From NCBI GenBank assembly GCA_951406725.2, contig OX597819.1, forward strand, positions 118,668,001-118,732,000: a DNA stretch of 64,000 nucleotides, given 5' to 3'. Below the pieces are notes generated by a model, which saw only the letters and a program-made list of their open reading frames with translations, had not been told where the DNA came from and did no database searches. Origin of the DNA: Octopus vulgaris (lineage: Eukaryota). A program made the translations under genes and the position numbers. Each line of letters starts with the position of its first letter. Within the stretch, counting starts at the first letter, position 1. Of the stretch, positions 13,143 through 26,446 are shown piece after piece.

Positions 13143-14295
13143 ATATGTATTCATATATAAATCTATGGCGTTTTTTATGTATATTATTATATATTTATAA
13201 TAATCTTCTTGAACATCATTATAACTATTCGCGTATTAAGGATCGTTCTAAGAATATTTAAGGATTAAAGTATGTGGAAGAGATTATATCACCTGAATTA
13301 ACATTTACTGAAATAAAATTCTGATAATTTACATGTATCCCGAACAAAATTCATTCAAAATGTTCGAACAATATTTTCCGTATGTTTCGTAATTATACTT
13401 TCCTCTAAAGCCACACGGACTGAAATTTCGAGTAAAGGAGGTAGTCTATTACATCGACACCAGTGTAAAAGTTTTACCGATATTATTAACTCTGTATGAA
13501 TGAAATTTAAATTATCTTCTGCAGAATTTGAACACGGATATGAAAATGGGACGACATTACTTTTCGTACAAATATTTCAGTTTAGTGAAGAAATGAATTA
13601 GCGTCAAATATTTAAGAAGCCTATAGCAATCATTTTTAGTAGGGCTACAGAGCCTGGAATTTTGTGAATTTTGTGCCGATCAACTTAATCAACCAACTGT
13701 TATATATAAATACCTATATCTATATCTAACTATAACTATCTTTCTCTCTCTCTCTCTGTATATATACACACACCACACACACACACATACACACACACAT
13801 ACACACACACACATACACACACACACACATACACACACACACATATCATAGTGTACATTTCAATCTACCTTTAATAGATCATTTTTACACGCTAGATGAA
13901 GCAGTCAAAACGACCAAAACCACGTTTAGGGGCAATTTTTCGAAGGGATTGAAAAATGCAAAACTTTTACCTTGTTATTTTTTACGGTTATATGTAGGTT
14001 TTAGAATATTTTAGCAAATAAGCTAATTTGCTAGGCGAATATTCATACGTAACCGTGCCTTAACAATTAACATATAATTTAGAGAAAAATAACACGTTAT
14101 ATGATATAATTTTTCAAAATTCATCGCACAGTCGTAGTTTCATTCGGCAGTAAAATGAGAAATGCCGAACGAATCTTCGAAAAGCTGAAATCCCATTCGT
14201 AAAATTACATACGTAAAATTATATTCACTGGCAGTGACATTTCTAAAAATCTTCACCACCCGATATGATTTTGAGAATGTATAATACGCTAGTTC

Positions 14296-14640
14296 AATAC
14301 GCAAGCAACGAGAGAAGCAAATGGAAAACAGGATGAGTAGCACAAAGAACGACTATTCATCAGTTGTCAGCTGTCTGTCTACTCTTCATTTCGAGCATTG
14401 AAAGAAAATATGAGTCTTCGAAGACAGTTGATCACATCACTACCAAAATAAAATTTGGGATTTATGGAGAGTCAAAAGTTTGGAACAAAAACAGGTCAGT
14501 GAAGACATAGAAGGAAACCGAATGAAGTCGTTCTTCGTGTTATATCTCCTGTTTTCTATGTGCTCCTCTTGTTATTTGCGTATTGGGCTCACATGCTTTT
14601 GTTTCCATGTCGATTACTGTTGGTGAAACCCTGTACCCAT
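14296..14640. mobile_element. Old fold-back remnant, arms about 14296-14360 and 14520-14585
   Basis: gaaaacagga..cacaaagaacgactattcat versus atgaagtcgttcttcgtg..tcctgttttc; decayed HHR-like TCGAAGA...CTCGAAA on minus in the spacer. Confidence 0.45.
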
Positions 14641-15771
14641 GTATGGATATGTATATGTATATATATATATTTATATGTGTGTGTGTATGTGTGTATGTAA
14701 GTATGTATGTATGTATGTATATATATATACACATACACACACACATGTATATATATATATATATATGTGTGTATATATGTGTATTCGTGTGTATATATGC
14801 ATATATATTTGTATATATTTACACACCACGTATATGCATACGATGACTAGATATATACGCTCATCGAAGAGAGAAAGAGGGAGGGGAGAGAGAAACAGTG
14901 TGTGTATGTGCCTGTGCATAAGTATGTGGTGTGAGTGTGTGTATGCGTATGTGTGTGTGTGTGAGTGTGTATATGTATGGGCTTGTAGAAAGTGACAGAT
15001 ACGACAAATATGCTGACAAAGAAACATGGCTTGTAGACGTGTTAGAGACATTATAGACTTATAGAAAAATGTTATATAAGTATCTACCAATATGACGACA
15101 ATATGAAACGTGAATTAGTTTCCGAAAATCAAAGAAAAGTTGAAACGTAAAGATATATTAAGATACTGAAAGAGTGATGGAAACGAAGCCTCTGAGGCTA
15201 TTTTATGAAAAACAGTAGCCATTCATTTTAGATGCATTAAATATATATAGACATGATCATATGTACATATTTCGTTTCGAAATTCCTCATCCATTTTTAG
15301 CTTCTTTTATCGAAACCAGTTTCAATGACTTCATAACTGCATGGTATCCGCTGACAGACAAAGTATTATTAAAATATTTTCAATGTTGTTTTCAACATTT
15401 AAGGTCTACATGATTTGAAATCACGCTCGCAGCTTCCGTTCTTTCATATATTTCCCAACTATGCATGTGCTGTATTATTAGCTTTTTTTTTAAACCTCAT
15501 TCTCAGAAAGTACGTAGGAATAAATATATAGGGAATAAAAGAGTTGGTGGTATAAAAGAACTGAGCATATAAAGAGAAGCATATATGCATATAGGTACGC
15601 ATGATTATTTACCTATCCACCATCCTACCTCCCCAATTACTATCTATATATTTATCTATGCATGTATACATCTATATAACAGTCAATCAATCAATCTATC
15701 TATCTGTCAGTCTGTCTATCCATCTATTTATGTATCTTTCTCTCTCTCTCCCTGTCTTTGATTAAATGCAT

Positions 15772-15867
<96 letters not shown>

Positions 15868-16099
15868 GCATATACGAAAATGTGCGATTAAATAACAGCA
15901 TGGGAATACTGCATGCACAAATTCGTACGATTAAATGTATGAATATATAATTTTCTCTTAATATTTCTCCCGCTCTATGCATGCTCCTCCTTCTCTATTT
16001 AAACTTTAAAACTTTGACTTTAACCTAAAACCATATTTGTCAATATTGCTCTTCCATGAATACATTTCATTTAGATATATATATATATATATATATATA

Positions 16100-16310
16100 G
16101 ACTTGATTCCGAAACGTACGTCCGTAGGTAACTTAATATAGAATGATTTCCGTCATTTCTTTCTCTTTTGCCAGCGTCGTTTGCTTTTTAAGTGCTTTGG
16201 TTTTACTGGGATCGCCCTTTTAAATAGAAAGAATAGCCAAAACTTTTTGACTGCTATTTCTAAATTCGGTATGTGGTGAGGCAAATCGTTGCTGAACCCT
16301 TAATTAATTA
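16100..16310 (+). mobile_element. PLE 3'-end fragment between (TA)n tracts, starting in the 3' half of an HHR
   Basis: CC-GAA-ACGTACGT-C at 16109-16122 (palindromic stem III, GUC); ends ...aaccctaattaatt. Confidence 0.6.
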
Positions 16311-16425
<115 letters not shown>

Positions 16426-16982
16426 TTGATAGATAGATATATACATATATAAATATATACATATATATATATGTATGTATATAGAACGATACATACATGT
16501 GTATTTATAAATGTATGCCCATGTGTGTATGTATTTGTGCATGATTGTTTAAATGTGAGCGTTACAGAGAGCGGGCTATCGTGCATGTGTTTATATGAAT
16601 ATTTATAGACGTGCGTTCGTGCGTGCATGTTGAATACTAAATAGGCAAAATAACTGAGTGTAAACACACTATTTTGTAATGAAGCGTATATAATGAATAA
16701 TATTGTACGATCACTTCAATTCCTGTTAATGGCGTTGACAGGGCATACATATGTACATGCATTAATGCAAAATCTCTTATAAATATTTGTATATTGGTAT
16801 TCACATACACGAAATAGTATAAAAGTATATCTCTGCTTATATAACCATATATTCATGGGCAAATATATTTCGATTCCTTTAACTCCCTCTCTGTCTCTCT
16901 CTCTCTTGCTCTCGCTCTCTATCTCATTCTCTCTCTATATACATATATATATACATATGTATGCATATATAAATCTCTATCT

Positions 16983-17013
<31 letters not shown>

Positions 17014-17031
17014 GTCTACCTATCTGTCTAC

Positions 17032-17083
<52 letters not shown>

Positions 17084-17132
17084 ATATCTATCTATCTATC
17101 TATCTATCTATATGCCTGTCTATCTATCAATA

Positions 17133-17173
<41 letters not shown>

Positions 17174-17177
17174 CTCC

Positions 17178-17218
<41 letters not shown>

Positions 17219-18034
17219 AACATATATATATATATACATATGTATGTGTGTGTGTGTTTATGTGCAAGCGTATGTGCGTATAATGTCATATGTATGTGTG
17301 TTTTAAATTCTTTTTATAGAAAAATAATACACTCACACATACACACATACACACACATATATATATCCATACACAGATATGTATACATACATACATTTAT
17401 ATATATATTTAAAACACACTTATACGTCTTCGTGTCTATGCGTGTGTGTGCGTATGTGTTTGTGATAGTGTACGTGTGGGACCGCAGCGTGTTGTGTCCC
17501 AGCGGGATAATATTATGTTATGGTTACACCATGTTAGATGTTGAAAAACTGAAGAAAAAAATATACTATGAAAAGAAATTATAATGATAAATCTGGAAAA
17601 CATGCTTCTTCAAATAATAGATATTCTGAATGTGACTCACATGCTTACAACAGAAGAAAAAGAAACATTTTTGAAAAATATTTTTTTTCATACATGTCTG
17701 CCAGATAGAAAATGAGAAACATAGCTGACGGTACTCATGCTTGTGTGTATACAATTATACGACATTGACGTACAAAAGAACAAGTATTTATTTTTGCGTG
17801 CGTATGTCTGTTTGTTAGTGTGGTTTTGTAAGTAGTTCTGAGTGTTGAATGCTTGCGAATGTGCGTGCTTATGTGTGTTTTTCGTGTGCTGGCTTTCTAT
17901 AATGTTTCACTAAATTATTTAAGATTATGCGTTTGTAAACGTATTTGTAAATTATTTCACTAGATTTATTTATACATCTTGATTCTATTTTGTCTCTGTT
18001 TTATTACTTGTTTTTCTTTTAAGAATTAACAATA

Positions 18035-18485
18035 CAAGCGCAAATGTTGCTGTGTGGTAAGACGCTTGTTTCGCACCTATATAGTTCCCTGTTGAGTCCT
18101 ACTGAGTGGAATATTGGGCAACTATCTATTACTATAGCCTCGGGATGGGATGACCAAACTCTTGTGAGTGGATGTGGCAGACGATGGCTCCAGTAGATCC
18201 AACCAACTCGTGAAATTAACGTGCAAGTGACTGAGCATTCCACAGATACGTCTACCTTTGACGGAGTTCTGGTGGAAATTAAGTGTGACACAGAGAAGAA
18301 CAAGGCTGGCCCTTAGAAATACAGGTACAACAAGCAGGAGGAAAAAAGTGAGAGAAAATTGTGGTGCAATAGTACAGCGAGGTTCGTCCCAACCTGGCGG
18401 GCTCTCGGGGAGCTTTAAGTGTTTTCGCTCAAGAAACACTCGCAACGCCCGGTCGGGAAATCGAAACCTCGAGTCTGCTGCCCAA
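18035..18485. mobile_element. Composite of degenerate SINE pieces (plus head 18035-18200; minus body and head 18200-18485)
   Basis: cgtgaaattaacgtgcaagtgactgagcattccacagatacg matches the reverse complement of 61640-61682; 18410-18480 matches the head at 61357. Confidence 0.7.
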
Positions 18486-19215
18486 AACTTTCTCCTTCCA
18501 AATATATATATATATATATATATTTGGAACCATGGTTTATATACGTTCAAATTAAGATTAAGGAATTGGAGATATAACATTTAGTAAAAATGTATTATCA
18601 ACAAAATCAAAACATGTCCCATTACTACTGTTTCAATTGAACATGATAAAGATTAAATAAACATTGCGAATACCATTTTGGGGGCAAAATCTCTTCAGAG
18701 AAGTTGAAAAATATACACACTTATGTTGTTTTTTCTAATGCTGAATTATAGAATCATCATAGACGACTGTCCCGAAAAAGGAGTTTGTTAATATTTATTT
18801 CATGTTTATTGTGCTTAATTGAAACGGCTGTATGGGGCTATGATTTTTGTTGATAAATCTTCATTAAAAATATTATCGCCATTTTCTTATTTTTAATCTG
18901 AATGATAATAACCATGTTTTATATACTACTACTACTACTACTACTAGTAGTAGTAGTAGTAGTAGTAGTAGTAATAATAATAATAATAATACTATATGTT
19001 TCAGCTACCGGTACTTATTATGCTACTAATAGTTACACGTACATACATGCCTTCATCAGTCTTCACTTGCGATTGACGCCTAATAATCGTAATATTAGTA
19101 CTGCGGTAAGTACGTGTAGTTGAAACGTTTAGCGTACTCTTCGCATTCAATTTCACGCAGTTAATTTCTTATATATGTATATGTGTGTATGTGTATGTAA
19201 GTATGCATGTATGTA

Positions 19216-19273
<58 letters not shown>

Positions 19274-19434
19274 ATCGAATAAAAATTACGGCATAACAGG
19301 GGTTCAAATTATTCTCAATGAAGAAATATATATTTTCATTTAGAGATAGTAGGCCCCTTCATCTCACCATATAAAAATTTCACCATATGAAAAATTTCTC
19401 CGTATCACTGAATGTGTGTTTGTGTGTATGTATG

Positions 19435-19465
<31 letters not shown>

Positions 19466-20557
19466 GTATGTATGTATGTATGTATGGATGGATGGATGGA
19501 TGTACGAATGTAGGTAGGTTTTTATTGATAGGTTCAAAAATAGACACCAAACTTAAATATCATGAATGTTTTGAAGAGCTAGTTGGGTGAGCAATATTGA
19601 TAAGTAAAGTTTTACTTTGTGAACATCTAACGAGTTGCGTCGAGTCCACGCATATGTACATGAAAACACATTCACGCAAATATACACACACACATACAAA
19701 CACACACATCCGCACACATACATACACGCGCACACACATACACGCACACATTTATACACTCATGCATACAGAGAAATAATGCAGCTATGAGTGTTGGCGA
19801 TGGTGAGAATGTGTACGCGTGCATGCCATAGAAAATGAAAGGAATTTCCGTAGCTAGAGATATTTATGAAAAATACATGTAAAAAAATGTCCACTATTTT
19901 TTTTACTACTTTACATATCCCGTATATCCCATCAGTACTTAAACGTGTATTAAGTATTAAGTGAGGTGTTACGACTTCGTGTTTCTGGATGAATTAGTAA
20001 ATGAATTTACATAGTCAACTTTGAAAAATATTCATCGGGCTTCGTTGGGCATATAAAACCTATAGTAAACCGAATGCACGATCATTTATTTACAAATATA
20101 TTCAGGAATATGCACGTTTAGTAGTTTAGTAAATGCGCTATGCACAAGAATGTAGTATGCAAATGAGCAAAAGCGGGCTTTGTTATTCGTTGCATTTTCC
20201 AGAGATTGCACACAAGCAGACATTTTATTTCCTTCCCCTTTAAATCCCCTTTTCCGTTGCTTTACCTTGCATGTACTCTCTTCGTAGACCTGAGGACATA
20301 ATTAGTCTTCACCAAGTCATAAAAGTGGGGAATGGCTGTTCCAGAATTTCTTCAATCCATTCCTTAGAGAGAGAGAGAGAGAGGGGTGGGTGTGCAATGT
20401 AACACTGGCGTTTATAGGTTCAGTGATTGTAAGTTTATATTTATGAAATATTTACAAGTAGTAATATTTCCAATGTTACTACGAAAGGGCAAAATAGTGT
20501 ATCTGAACGAGAATTCTAATTATGTATCTTTACTTATACTTATATACATACATATAT

Positions 20558-20603
<46 letters not shown>

Positions 20604-20606
<3 letters not shown>

Positions 20607-20793
20607 GGTCCCGGGTTGATTCGGGGTTAACCACAGTAAATAAGGTACTCAATACATAGCAGAGTAAAATTAATTTATTATATAGAAGGAGTTTACAGGA
20701 CTAGAACTGTTTCATTCAAGAGAAATCTTCAGGAAGCCCTGAAGATTTCTCTTGAATGAAACAGTTCTAGTCCTGTAGAACTCCTTCTATATA

Positions 20794-20799
<6 letters not shown>
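20604..20799. mobile_element. 196-bp PLE mini-hairpin of the same family as 5248, essentially two opposed HHRs plus tail
   Basis: Arms 20674-20733 and 20738-20799 with a 4-nt spacer; CTGAAGA..GAAACAG..CTGTA in both orientations; (TA)n both sides. Confidence 0.85.
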
Positions 20800-20836
<37 letters not shown>

Positions 20837-21028
20837 TATATAGATAGATAGATAGATACATACATACATACATTTATATATATACATACACGCTCCACAC
20901 ATACGTTTGTACACATCGTTTTTCGAGAAATAATTAATATAATTAAAGATTCATTATGGTGGTTAAATGAATCTGGAAAGCTTTGGACATTTTCGCCACA
21001 ACTCTTGATTTTTTTCGGAGTAAGTATG

Positions 21029-21114
<86 letters not shown>

Positions 21115-21312
21115 AGGTAGGTAGGTAGGTATACTAAGTTTAGGTTACGACGCAAGTGTTCTAGTGGAATCAGTCAAGGCAACAGCCTCTTCGATCTTAG
21201 CAGAATACGATAACAGAGTTGTGCATTTTCACAAGCGTGCGCACATACACACACACACACATACACAAAGAGACACAGACAGACAAACACACACACACAC
21301 ATATATATATAT

Positions 21313-21557
21313 TGTGGGGTGGTGCATAATTAGTGCGGGTTTTTGTCAACAAATTTCATTCAACGAAAACGATAACAATATTTAACAAAAGCATATTAAA
21401 CTGACGGTCTGACCATTTGCCAAGCCAATGGGAAGAGGTAATTGACGTACATGCTGAATATACTCCGGAATAATCATTTAAAGTGTTTTTATTTGATGTT
21501 ATTGTTCTTGTAGAATAAAATTTGTTGAAACAAAAGCCGCAATAATTATGACCAAAT
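21313..21557 (+). mobile_element. Internally deleted mariner (MITE-like)
   Basis: Imperfect TIRs ggtgcataattagtgcgggtttt / aaaagccgcaataattatgacc; encodes mariner C-terminus-like HLPSQWEEVIDVHAEY. Confidence 0.7.
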
Positions 21558-21576
21558 CTCTCTCTCTCTCTATCTA

Positions 21577-21611
<35 letters not shown>

Positions 21612-23977
21612 GGAGATAGAGAGGGGGGAGAAAGAGAGACCGAGAGAGGGAGATAGAGAGATAGATGGATAGATAGAGAGAGAGAGATAGACAGATAGAT
21701 AGATTGATAGATAGATAGATGAATAGATAGATAGATAGACAGTGCGTATATATATATATTTAATAACATAATTCAAATTTTCGTGCATTGCTGATACTCA
21801 GTAGTAAAGTTTTTCAGGTTTTGATATAAACAGTAATTTGACAACATAATGTGGCAGTCCTGGTTGGGACGAATGTTACTGTTATTTAGCCCCAGGAAAT
21901 AACTACTCAATCTGACTATACGACACATTATCTGTGTCCTTATATTTTCGAACAGATGAGTTCAGTTTTCCCATTCTTGACAAAGAAATATCTGTGAACC
22001 TCGATCTCTGTGTCATTTCACTTCTTCAGAACAGAATAAGTTTCTGGCGCTGCTAAATCTCTGTTCAAATATATATTCCAACAAACACTGAATAAACTTT
22101 AGTCGGCTGCAGTCTTGGTTTTGTGATTTATTCTTCTTTCTTATATGGATGCTAAATTATTGCAGTTTTCATCAGATATGATTACTTACAACTTGCTTTC
22201 CATCAATTATGATACTTCTACTGAGGAAGCGATACCAAACATATTCATCAATGGCGACAGAGAGGATTTTCTTTACTTAGCTGAAAAGCAGCCAGATGAT
22301 AAAAAAAAAGGGCGAAATGGGCCTTGAACTCATTTGCTCGTTCTCGAGCAGTTAACCTTGGACTTGCATCAACAACGGTTTTCTGAACGATATTGAGAGA
22401 ACTTTGTACTCTAGACCATAAGTGTCTGGGAGAGACAAACATTCCTAGTTTCCATATCTGGATCCTCAAATATTCCTTTTCGGAGAGATAGATTTTTATG
22501 CTTATTATGTGCTGTTGTTCTTACTATACTTGCTGTTTCCAATGATAATGCAGTGTGCCTTATTATTGCTGTAGTTCCTGTTTTTTATGTTGTTTTGAAT
22601 CGGTGGGGAAATCTGCAGCAGTTGTTTTAACATGCGTTTTATTTTGCAGTTTTGCGCTATTCGGCAGATGATTTCACACGTGTCCTTCTTTATCACATGT
22701 ACTATATAATGCAATTCTATTCCGGGTGAATTCTCTACCATGTATCTTTAATGGATATTACAAAGTAGCTGCATTGAGTCCTCAGATATCTTTCAGGTCT
22801 CTATCCTTCCTTCCAGGTAACTGAAATTAAAATATATATATTCCTTCCCCTAACACATTCCAACGGAATACTTTACTCTGATGACCGATTTAATAAATTG
22901 CAATGGACGACACCATACGGTCTTCTTCTTATCAATTTCTAGTAGAATGTGTGTGCTCGTTTTCACACATTGATGATTGATCGACGTGCCTCTGCTGTTT
23001 GTCTGGGAATCATTTTGAAATTTTTACTTGGTATTTTCAGTTTTTAAGCCAGCCTGTTTATAAATCATATCAGTTGGATAAAATTTATAACATTAACTGC
23101 GAAGGAGTAAGACTGTGGTTCTCATACTGCTAATGATAATTTGGACGTTCAAAATTGTGGTGCGGTTGGTGTGGAACTTGGAATTTTAGTTGTCTTACAG
23201 TAGCATTGTTCATGTCACTCTTGAGAGTTTACCACTGGTTTTGACACATGTGGTCACACTTGTGATTTTTAACTTTGTCCTGATATATTTTCTTCACGGC
23301 TTTATAAATACTCTTGTTATTCTAGTTTTTGGTCTTGAACACCTGTTCTCACTAAGCAATGTAACTATGGAGAGGTATTACTACTGATGCTATTGGAGTA
23401 TTTTTAGTTTCACTTAGTTTCTTGTTGCAAGGATGTTAGAGATTGAAAGGGATTATATGCCTCGATTTCTGTTTTTCGTGCCGCTTTGTATTTGATGTTC
23501 TTTCAACCGTTATGGTTTCATGTTGATTTAATGATAGGGATGGAAGGAATATCTGTTGTAAACGTTTACAGAGGCATTTTCCCAGAAGCCATCAAAAAAT
23601 TGCACAAGGCCATTTTTCAAAAGGAAAATATAACGATTCAGTTCGAGAACAAACGTAACAAATTCCCTGCCGAATGCTCGGAGGATAATAGAACTGATGA
23701 TTTCTTTAGATCTTGGTCCCTTCAGCAACGACATCGTTCAGTTTCATTTACAGTTTCTTATTATTTTAAACACAGTTTAACAATAGAAAATACTGAGCAA
23801 TGTAAAAGCGTATCTACATAAAAAAATACAGCATCAAACATAAAAAGAGTATGAATTAGGAAGAAGAACAACAACTATAGGTGAGGAAGAACAACAAATA
23901 TAACGTAAAGAATTTTTAATAATAAGGTCGTGCATGCACTGAAACCTCGGAGAAATTTAGTGCTCATTGTGAAATAA

Positions 23978-24322
23978 AAACGTCGCCCGTTTCAAGCCTA
24001 GCCAGGCTCATGGGCGCGGTTTCCCGGTTTCTATGGCGTATGTGATTCTCCTACGTGGACAGGACGCCAGTCCATCGTAGCGTTACTGAATAAACGGGAG
24101 GAGAGAGTGACAGAAAGATGTGGCGATTGAGCACAACAGGGGTCACCACCCTCCGCTCGTGGTGCCGGAGCCTCGTGGAGCTTTTAGCGAGTCCGCTGCC
24201 CTAACCACTGGGCCATCATCATCATCATTGTTCGTACGTGGTCGAGACAATGGAATTTACTATGCTACGCCAGACTTTACGGTCCATCATAGCATTTTCC
24301 CAACTGGGCAATTGCGCCTCCA
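23978..24322 (-). mobile_element. tRNA-derived SINE with 13-bp TSD, head interrupted by an RTE tail
   Basis: TSD cat(t/c)gtgaaataa at 23965 and 24324; head ggaggcgcaat..cccagtggttagggcagcggactc as at 61357. Confidence 0.8.
24214..24295 (-). mobile_element. About 80-bp RTE-type LINE 3' tip inserted in the SINE head
   Basis: Reverse complement of 24539-24616; flanked by ccactgggcca and caactgggcaa (TSD-like). Confidence 0.7.
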
Positions 24323-24339
24323 CCATCGTGAAATAAGTT

Positions 24340-24616
24340 AGCGATATAATAATTATCCTAGAAAATCGTTGTGAAAGGTAAGAGAGTCCAGTTTGCTGGA
24401 CATTGTTGTAGAGCTGAAAAAGAGGTAATTTCTACTCTTCTCCTCTGGAAGCCATCTACTCGCAATACCAGAGGGCGCACACACTCCTACCCTGATGTAA
24501 TCTCCAGGGATACAGGCATCCAGCAATAGGACCTCCGTAATGCCATGATGGACCGTGAAGTCTGGCGTAGCATATGAAATTCCATTGTCTCGACCACGGT
24601 TGAACAATGATGATGA
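24340..24616 (+). mobile_element. RTE-type LINE 3' fragment with (TGA)n tail
   Basis: TYPDVISRDTGIQQ.DLRNAMMDREVWRS is a typical RTE C-terminus. Confidence 0.7.
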
Positions 24617-25394
24617 GAAAATCATTTAGAAAACAATAGCAAAAATTCTAACGAATTGTTTTTTTTTTTCTTTTTGCTTGAATCATTAGAAAATTTTAAC
24701 TAGAAAGTACTAAAAACAAATTATTTTGAAAGATCAAAAAAACAGGAACCAGGAATAATTCACAAAAACAAATAAAACAATTGAAATTTACGTGATTAAT
24801 TGTTTTGGAATTTTTTAACATTGGTTTCTTTGAGATATTGAACTTAACATATTGGTTTCTACTTACGTGTTATGGCATTCTGAAAATTCTGGTGTCATTC
24901 TACACAGTTCTTGCATAGAAAATTAATAAGTTGTTTTTCTATATTTTAAGTATTACCTATGGTATTTAAATAAAATATGATATTTATAATTAGACATATA
25001 ACCAAAGGCAATATTGTGACTTTCCTGACATTTCGTTGTAACTGTATTTCCGTTAACGTTCTTTAAACTTTCGATTAATTTTTTAAAATTGAGGTTTTTT
25101 TGATAGCGAAAGTAACATGTTATAAAGAAATATTTAGATCTTTTGTAAACGTGAAAATATGTTCGTTTCTTTTAAGAACAAATATATAAAATATTGAACA
25201 ATCTCGATAGTTTGTCTAAAACATTTTCATAAAAAAGATCACAGAACGACGGAATTTCTGTTTTCAACTGAATAAAATCTCGTTTACTAAAAACATACAT
25301 TCCAAGAAACATCGAGCTATTAGACATATTAAGTGTTTCCTTTTTCCCGATTAGTGATTAAAATGTTTATTTTGCAAATGATACTAAACAAAAC

Positions 25395-25607
25395 TATTTT
25401 TGACATCTGTATATTCATATTCTATATTCTTACCGTACTAGTGTTTCAGTATGAAGTATAACCATGACCTCAACTGTGCTATGTGTTTATTTTTAAGTAG
25501 CAATGTATAATCTGTGGTTGCCTAAACATCTGATTGCATGCCATTTTTGTATGTGTGTATAGGGTTGTGTCTGTATATAAGTTTATGTGCACATATATAA
25601 GTATAAG
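25395..25607 (+). repeat. About 215-bp direct repeat, left copy (partner 28221-28447)
   Basis: tttgacat.tgtatattcatattctatattcttaccgtactag...gtataag occurs on both sides of the SINE. Confidence 0.9.
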
Positions 25608-25838
25608 CCACGTTTACTCTTTTACTCTTTTGCTTATTTTAGTCATTTGACTGTGGCCATGCTGGATCACCGCCTTTAGTCGAGCAAATGGACCCCATGA
25701 CTTATTCTTTGTAATCCTAGTACTTATTTTATCGGTGTCTTTTGCCGAACCGCTAAGTTACAGGGACGTAAATACACCAGCACCGATTGTCAAGCGATGG
25801 TGGGGGACAAACACACACACACACGCACACACACAAAT

Positions 25839-25903
<65 letters not shown>

Positions 25904-26226
25904 CATATATACGACGGGCTTCTTTCAGTTTTCGTCTACCAAATACACTCACAAGGATTTGGTCGGCCCGAGGCCCGATTAGAAGACACTTGCCCAGGGT
26001 GACACGCAGTGGGATTGAACCCGGAACCATGTGGTTGTTAAGCAAGCTACTTTATTTCAAAACATTTGCCATAAAGGCAGTACACAGATTAAGTTAGCTT
26101 TGCAGGCTGGACGAGGACATTAATGAAGTGAATGATAATGAAAGACAGATTATAAGGATAGAAGAAGACAAAAAGCGCCCGCCGACTTTCGCATCTCTAA
26201 AACATTGTTCTTTTTAAAGATAAACA

Positions 26227-26361
26227 CAAAACGAGGTATTAAACCTTTTACAATTTTTCCAATTTTTGGACTTAGCAGTCCATTATTAATAAAAATGCAA
26301 AACGAGGTATTAAACCTCTTTCAATTTTCCAATTTTTGGACTTAGCAGTCCATTATTAATA
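26227..26361. repeat. Near-tandem duplication of about 65 bp in the 3' UTR of the ORF1 element
   Basis: caaaacgaggtattaaacc...ggacttagcagtccattattaata occurs twice. Confidence 0.9.
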
Positions 26362-26446
26362 CTAACAGTTCAATAATTACATATCGTCCTCGAAATAGCT
26401 TGTGCCCGCGCCCTCCACCATCATACACTCCTCCCTCAGAACGTAA

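Noticed and set aside
13850-14290. Possible DNA-transposon MITE body (similar impression at 2820-3170 and 19270-19410)
   Set aside because: Could not define TIR pairs or TSDs.
24214-24616. Apparent RTE fold-back palindrome
   Set aside because: The left arm has its own TSD inside a SINE head, so these are two independent opposite insertions.
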